From: Candidatus Pacearchaeota archaeon | GTDB taxonomy: Archaea; Nanobdellota; Nanobdellia; Pacearchaeales; GW2011-AR1 | Direction of reading: 5' to 3' | Assembly: GCA_017608985.1 (NCBI GenBank) | Contig: JAFCEV010000001.1 | Coordinates: forward strand, 1 to 29,283 | Length of the DNA: 29,283 nucleotides | Shown: positions 24,805 to 29,283 of the stretch, piece by piece | How the letters are laid out: each line of letters opens with the position of its first letter | Numbering within the stretch: position 1 is the first letter of the stretch | Notes under the pieces: generated by a model | Database searches by the model: none | What the model was told of the DNA's origin: nothing | The model's input: the letters and a program-made list of their open reading frames with translations, nothing else | Translations under genes and position numbers: made by a program

Positions 24805-25800
24805 TTATTCAAACAATTTAGAAATAGATAATCCTTTTTGTGCTCTGTAAATTGCTTCTGCAAAGGTAGGGCTTATATCAATTACTTCAGCTCCATTATT
24901 TTCCTGATAATAAGTATTGCTTGTCATTAGAATGTCAAATTTTTTTCTTAATTCCTCTGTTCCTCTTGTAAAAATTCCATGGGTTGAGTAGCAAAAGATT
25001 TTTTTGGCTCTGTTGTTTTTTAATAAATCTGCTGCTTTAAGCAGAGTAGTTCCTGTATCTATTATGTCATCAATTATTATAACATCTTTATCAGAAACTT
25101 CTCCAACCAACTGCATATCTTCAACTTCTCCTGCTTTTGGACGGGTTTTGCTGATTAAGGCGAATGAAAATTCTTTTTGATTGAGGTTGTTCAGTGGATC
25201 TGTCTGATATGCCTTAAGCCTCTTTAAAAAAGATTTTGCCCTATTTACACCTCCTGTATCTGGTGAAACAACAACTAATTTATCAAATTCATTTATGTGG
25301 TTTTTGAAGATATAGCGAACCACTTCTGGAAAACTGTACAGATTATCCAAGGGAATATTCTCAGGATAAAACCCCTGAATTTGGGGAGCATGCAAATCCA
25401 TTGTTATTATTCTTTCTATTCCTTTTGAAATTGATTTTGCAAAAGCCCTCGCTGAAATCGGGACTCTTGATTTTTGTTTTCTGTCCTGTCTTGAATAAAG
25501 CATGTTTGGCAAAACAAAGGTGAGAGTATTTGCAGATGAACTCAAAACCAAATCTTTAATTAACAGAAGTTCAACCCACCACTGTTGCGGATTTTTTGTT
25601 GAATCCTGAATATAGTAAATATCCCTTTTCCTTATATTTTCAGGAACATACATATTAATTTCCCTGTTGTTGAAAAAATCCACAGAAATTTCCCAAAGTG
25701 GAACATGCTCTTCTTTGGTAAATTGAAGGTAATCCTGAATCTTTTTTGCAAAATTCCATGCATTAGAATTCGGATCTGCCATTAAAACCACATTCCTCAT
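24805..25800 (-). CDS. prs: Ribose-phosphate pyrophosphokinase
   Basis: YSRQDRK, TMDLHAPQIQGFY, VVSPDTGGVNRA, IIIDDIIDTGTT, HGIF. Confidence 0.95.
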   Translation of the reverse strand: MRNVVLMADPNSNAWNFAKKIQDYLQFTKEEHVPLWEISVDFFNNREINMYVPENIRKRDIYYIQDSTKNPQQWWVELLLIKDLVLSSSANTLTFVLPNMLYSRQDRKQKSRVPISARAFAKSISKGIERIITMDLHAPQIQGFYPENIPLDNLYSFPEVVRYIFKNHINEFDKLVVVSPDTGGVNRAKSFLKRLKAYQTDPLNNLNQKEFSFALISKTRPKAGEVEDMQLVGEVSDKDVIIIDDIIDTGTTLLKAADLLKNNRAKKIFCYSTHGIFTRGTEELRKKFDILMTSNTYYQENNGAEVIDISPTFAEAIYRAQKGLSISKLFE

Positions 25801-25928
25801 ACTCTACAAAATACGGGTTTATTTATATTAATTTCTATATTAAAAGATAAGGAAATAGGAAAAATGTTCTTTTTGATTTTTTAATACATTTGATTACCTT
25901 AATTTATTTAAATAAGTATTAATTAGAG

Positions 25929-26738
25929 TTGGTAATAAACATCCTTTTTAAAATGGATAAAAAGAAAAAGATTATATTAATAATTATCCTCCTGATTCTC
26001 GCCCTTCTATTAAAATTTTATCCTTCTCTAGATACCAAACTTCAGGGATTTTTAATTGAATCTGAAACTGCATATATTGACAGGATAATAGACGGAGATA
26101 CTGTAAAAAGCAATGAAATTTCAATAAGACTGCTTGGAATTAATTCTCCTGAAAAAGGGGAAAAATATTATTCAGAGGCAAAAGAATTCTTAGAAGAACT
26201 AATTTTAAATGAGACAGTAAGACTGGAATTTAGAAAAGATAGGGAAGACAAATATGGAAGAACACTGGCTTATTTATATTTTAAAGAGGATAATATAAAT
26301 AAAAAAATTGTGGAGGAAGGATATGCAAATTTTTATTTTCCTTCTGGAAGAGATATATATTATAAAGATTTTGAGAAAGCATGGGAAAAATGCATTGAAC
26401 AGAACAAAAATTTATGCGAAGTTTCACAAGATAAGTGTGCAACCTGTATTGAACTCAGAGAATTTGATTATAAAGATGAAATTATAACTCTTTACAATAA
26501 ATGCGGTTTTGACTGCGAACTGACTAAATGGAAAATTAAAGATGAAGGAAGGAAAAAATTCATCTTCCCTGAATTTGTTTTGAAAGATTATGAAGAGGTT
26601 ACTATATTAATAGGAGAAGAAGAAAATACAGAAAATATATTATACTGGAAAGGTGAGGATTATGTCTGGACAGAATCAGGAGATACTTTGTTTTTAAGGG
26701 ATGAAAATGGAAAGTTGGTTTTGTGGAGAGGATATTGA
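25929..26738 (+). CDS. Membrane-anchored thermonuclease (SNase) with C-terminal lamin-tail-like domain; likely start ATG 25953
   Basis: RIIDGDTV, IRLLGINSPE, DKYGRTLAY, then Cys-rich linker and W.IKDEG....F, YVWT.SGDTLFLRD. Confidence 0.85.
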   Translation: MVINILFKMDKKKKIILIIILLILALLLKFYPSLDTKLQGFLIESETAYIDRIIDGDTVKSNEISIRLLGINSPEKGEKYYSEAKEFLEELILNETVRLEFRKDREDKYGRTLAYLYFKEDNINKKIVEEGYANFYFPSGRDIYYKDFEKAWEKCIEQNKNLCEVSQDKCATCIELREFDYKDEIITLYNKCGFDCELTKWKIKDEGRKKFIFPEFVLKDYEEVTILIGEEENTENILYWKGEDYVWTESGDTLFLRDENGKLVLWRGY

Positions 26739-26776
26739 ATAAGATAAATTTATATACATAACTTCTATATACTGTT

Positions 26777-27526
26777 ATGAAAAAAAGGGTGATAATCATA
26801 CTGCTATTAGGAATATTATTAATTTTTCCTTTAGTTCAGGCTCAAAATCAATCTCAAACATATTCTGGTATTAATAAATTTGTAGATAATGTTAAAATGT
26901 TTTTTTCTTCTGGAGATAATAAAGTAATATTGGCTTTAGAAATTAGAGAAAAAGAACTTAATTCAGCGATGGAAAATATTCAGAATGGTGAGGATGATGA
27001 TGCTTCTAGAAATATTGAGCATGCACGTAAAAAACTTCAGTTTGTTCAAAGAAAAGTTTCTTCTGATATCGCTGATGATGTAATTGAAAATATTGAAACT
27101 ACTTTGGGTATGATTGGGGATTCTGAGGAGTTTGAATTGTATGCTTTAGAAGAAAGAAAAACGCAACTGGTTGCAGAACTTGTTGTGGAGATGGAGGGTA
27201 GTGAAGGGCAGACACTGAAGAGAGAGGTATCTAAGGAGCAAAGTACTGGAGAAAAGAAAGTTGGTGTGATGATTGAGGGAGATAGTGGGGAAGTAAATGA
27301 TACGCAAACAACAGTTATGGAAATTGCAGAGAGAATTAGAGAAATTGATGCTCAAATTGAAGATATAATAGTTGAGAGAAACGTTGTTGAGAGTGAAATG
27401 GATATAGATCCGGGCAGAGACCCAGATGCGACTCCGTTTTCGCCTGCTGGTGATGTTGATGATACAGTGGATCCAGGACCACAAGGGATCGTAGGATCTG
27501 AACCAGGTACAGTAGATGAAGATTGA
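26777..27526 (+). CDS. Secreted acidic hypothetical protein with Pro/Gly/Asp-rich tail
   Basis: Signal peptide ending VQA; helical core; tail with DPG/DPD/EPG motifs. Confidence 0.75.
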   Translation: MKKRVIIILLLGILLIFPLVQAQNQSQTYSGINKFVDNVKMFFSSGDNKVILALEIREKELNSAMENIQNGEDDDASRNIEHARKKLQFVQRKVSSDIADDVIENIETTLGMIGDSEEFELYALEERKTQLVAELVVEMEGSEGQTLKREVSKEQSTGEKKVGVMIEGDSGEVNDTQTTVMEIAERIREIDAQIEDIIVERNVVESEMDIDPGRDPDATPFSPAGDVDDTVDPGPQGIVGSEPGTVDED

Positions 27527-27651
27527 AAATGATTTCTTATATTTCTCGTATCAAAAACAGGAAGTTGGTGAGTTATCATATCCTATAAGTTTTCTTAACA
27601 TTGTTATCAAGACAAAAGCAATATTTTTAAGTCAGCTGTCTTTTACATTGC

Positions 27652-28812
27652 ATGACATTATTCGATTTTTTTAAAAAACTAAAAAGAAAAAAGATTGCAG
27701 AACCAGAAAGAAAAATTTCCTTTTCTCAAATAGAAAATTACCTTGAAAAAAAAGAAAGTGAAAATAGGCTTAAAGAAGAGCAGGCTTTCGGTTTGATTCA
27801 GAAGAAAATTGATGAGTTTATGGTGAGCATCAGGGAAAAAATAAATCTTGCAAAGAGTATTGACATTGATTCAAAAAAAGCTGAAGAGCGGTTCAAGTCT
27901 CTTACCAATACAGGAAGAGAAAAATACATTGAATCTGTGGAGAATTTTATACAGGGTCTGGAGAGCCTGCAAAAAAAAGACCTTAAAAAATTTTTTGAAG
28001 ATATGAACAGAATTTTTTCAAATTTTAACAAAAGCACGCATAGGAATTATGAAAAAGCTACGATTCTTATCGGAAAAGAAATGAAAGATATATTAGAATG
28101 CCTGAGAAATTTTTCCAAAGATTTGAAAAAAATATTTGACCAAAACAAGGAAATTATTGAGTTATACAGAAAAATCTCTGCCCTTAGACAAAAATTAAAC
28201 CAGATTAATGAAAGTAAAGAGACTCACAAAAATATTGATGAGGAAATTATTTTGCTGGATAAAAAAATAACTGAGAATGAAAAAGAAACTGAAAAAATTC
28301 TGGAAAAAATTAAAATAATTAAAAAAAGCAAAGATTATCTAAAAAGTCTGGAAACAAAAGAAAAAATCAGATTAGCCAAAACAGAATTGGACAAAAGCAT
28401 TCTTGATTTAAGACAGTTTATTGATTTTAAAGCACTAGCAAATTTTTTCCATATCTTTGAAGACCAGATGGATATTGTAAAAGCACACAGAAATGATTTC
28501 AAAACAGCATTTAAAAAAGATTATGGTGATAGCATTCTGCTTCTGTTAAATGAAGCAAAATTAAATAATGAATTTATTGAAGAAAAAATAAGAGAAATAA
28601 AGAATAAGAAGCAGGAAATAGCAGATTGCGAAAAGAATCTGAAAGAGGATAAAACTCAAAATTTATTGTCTGAAAGAAAAAGGATAGAAATTAATATTTC
28701 TGAGTTGAATGATGAAAGAGACAGGAAAAATAAAATAAGTGAGAAACTAAAAGAAGATAACGAAGATTTGAAAAAAGAGATAAAAAAAGATTTGGAAGAT
28801 TTAGATTTTTAG
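27652..28812 (+). CDS. Hypothetical coiled-coil protein (386 aa)
   Basis: Lys/Glu-rich heptads; no catalytic motif seen. Confidence 0.75.
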   Translation: MTLFDFFKKLKRKKIAEPERKISFSQIENYLEKKESENRLKEEQAFGLIQKKIDEFMVSIREKINLAKSIDIDSKKAEERFKSLTNTGREKYIESVENFIQGLESLQKKDLKKFFEDMNRIFSNFNKSTHRNYEKATILIGKEMKDILECLRNFSKDLKKIFDQNKEIIELYRKISALRQKLNQINESKETHKNIDEEIILLDKKITENEKETEKILEKIKIIKKSKDYLKSLETKEKIRLAKTELDKSILDLRQFIDFKALANFFHIFEDQMDIVKAHRNDFKTAFKKDYGDSILLLLNEAKLNNEFIEEKIREIKNKKQEIADCEKNLKEDKTQNLLSERKRIEINISELNDERDRKNKISEKLKEDNEDLKKEIKKDLEDLDF

Positions 28813-29096
28813 GAGTTTAAAGGGATATTTTCATTAATTTTCAGGAATAACAAAATCCTATTTCTCGAGGATAATAATATTTTTAAATGAAGTTGCCATA
28901 ATTTAGGCATGGTTGAAAGCAAGTTTCCCTGCTCTTATTATGCCAAGATTTCTAACATTAATGCTCATTATCCTTTAGGGATATTTGATATAGAACTGAG
29001 AAGAGACTCTCCCGTAAGAATTGGGATTTCTCTAACTCAATCCTGTTTCACAGGAAGTTCAACAGAATTGAAAGGAGGTTTAAGAAATAGAAAAAA

Positions 29097-29283
29097 ATGA
29101 GAAAACTTTTGAAAAAGAAAGTTAATGTGTTTGGCAAGGGAATTCCAGTGTTTGCGATTGTGATTCTCGGATTGGCTTTGGTAAGTGCTGCTTTGTTGCC
29201 CTACTTTGGTAAGATAACAGGGTTGGTTACTGTAACAAGTCAAGGATTATTGGTTGATGGACAAACTTATGATAAGCCAATAA
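29097..29283 (+). CDS. 5' part of a secreted protein running off the window (MRKLLKKKVNVFGKGIPVFAIVILGLALVSAALLPYFG...)
   Basis: Hand translation; open to the window end; signal-peptide-like N-terminus; GGAGGT upstream. Confidence 0.7.
   Translation, partial: MRKLLKKKVNVFGKGIPVFAIVILGLALVSAALLPYFGKITGLVTVTSQGLLVDGQTYDKPI

Noticed and set aside
28909-29100. 63-aa ORF
   Set aside because: No motif or clear RBS; overlaps the better-supported start at 29097 and probably is leader sequence.

Overview
AT-rich archaeal chromosome segment. Archaeal DnaG, Dph5, archaeal DtdA, TrmB, a BHB-type tRNA intron and TATA-box promoters point to an archaeon; compact genes and protein style suggest DPANN (Pacearchaeota/Woesearchaeota-like, inference). 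Mostly housekeeping: dnaG, an S-layer-like protein, frameshifted pcm, smc, rnhB, five tRNAs (Ser-GGA, Ser-CGA, iMet, intron-containing Ser-GCT, Leu-TAA), cstA, dtdA, nfo-like, dph5, ileS, trmB, argS, trxB, prs and a secreted nuclease. Most notable: (1) a ~2 kb cassette bounded by a perfect 17-bp direct repeat, encoding a Cys/Asp-rich peptide, a radical SAM/SPASM enzyme and a methyltransferase (candidate archaeal RiPP); (2) an SMC with condensin-type heads but a central CxxC and no recognisable hinge; (3) a synonymously recoded spare copy of the smc 3' end 72 bp downstream; (4) a Tat-signal L,D-transpeptidase-family gene in an archaeon; (5) a ~150-nt structured RNA candidate abutting tRNA-Leu; (6) short motifs shared by a tRNA intron, an intergenic stretch and an in-frame insertion in nfo. 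No CRISPR array, rRNA, integrase or transposase was recognised. All family assignments come from motif recognition by eye, not database searches.
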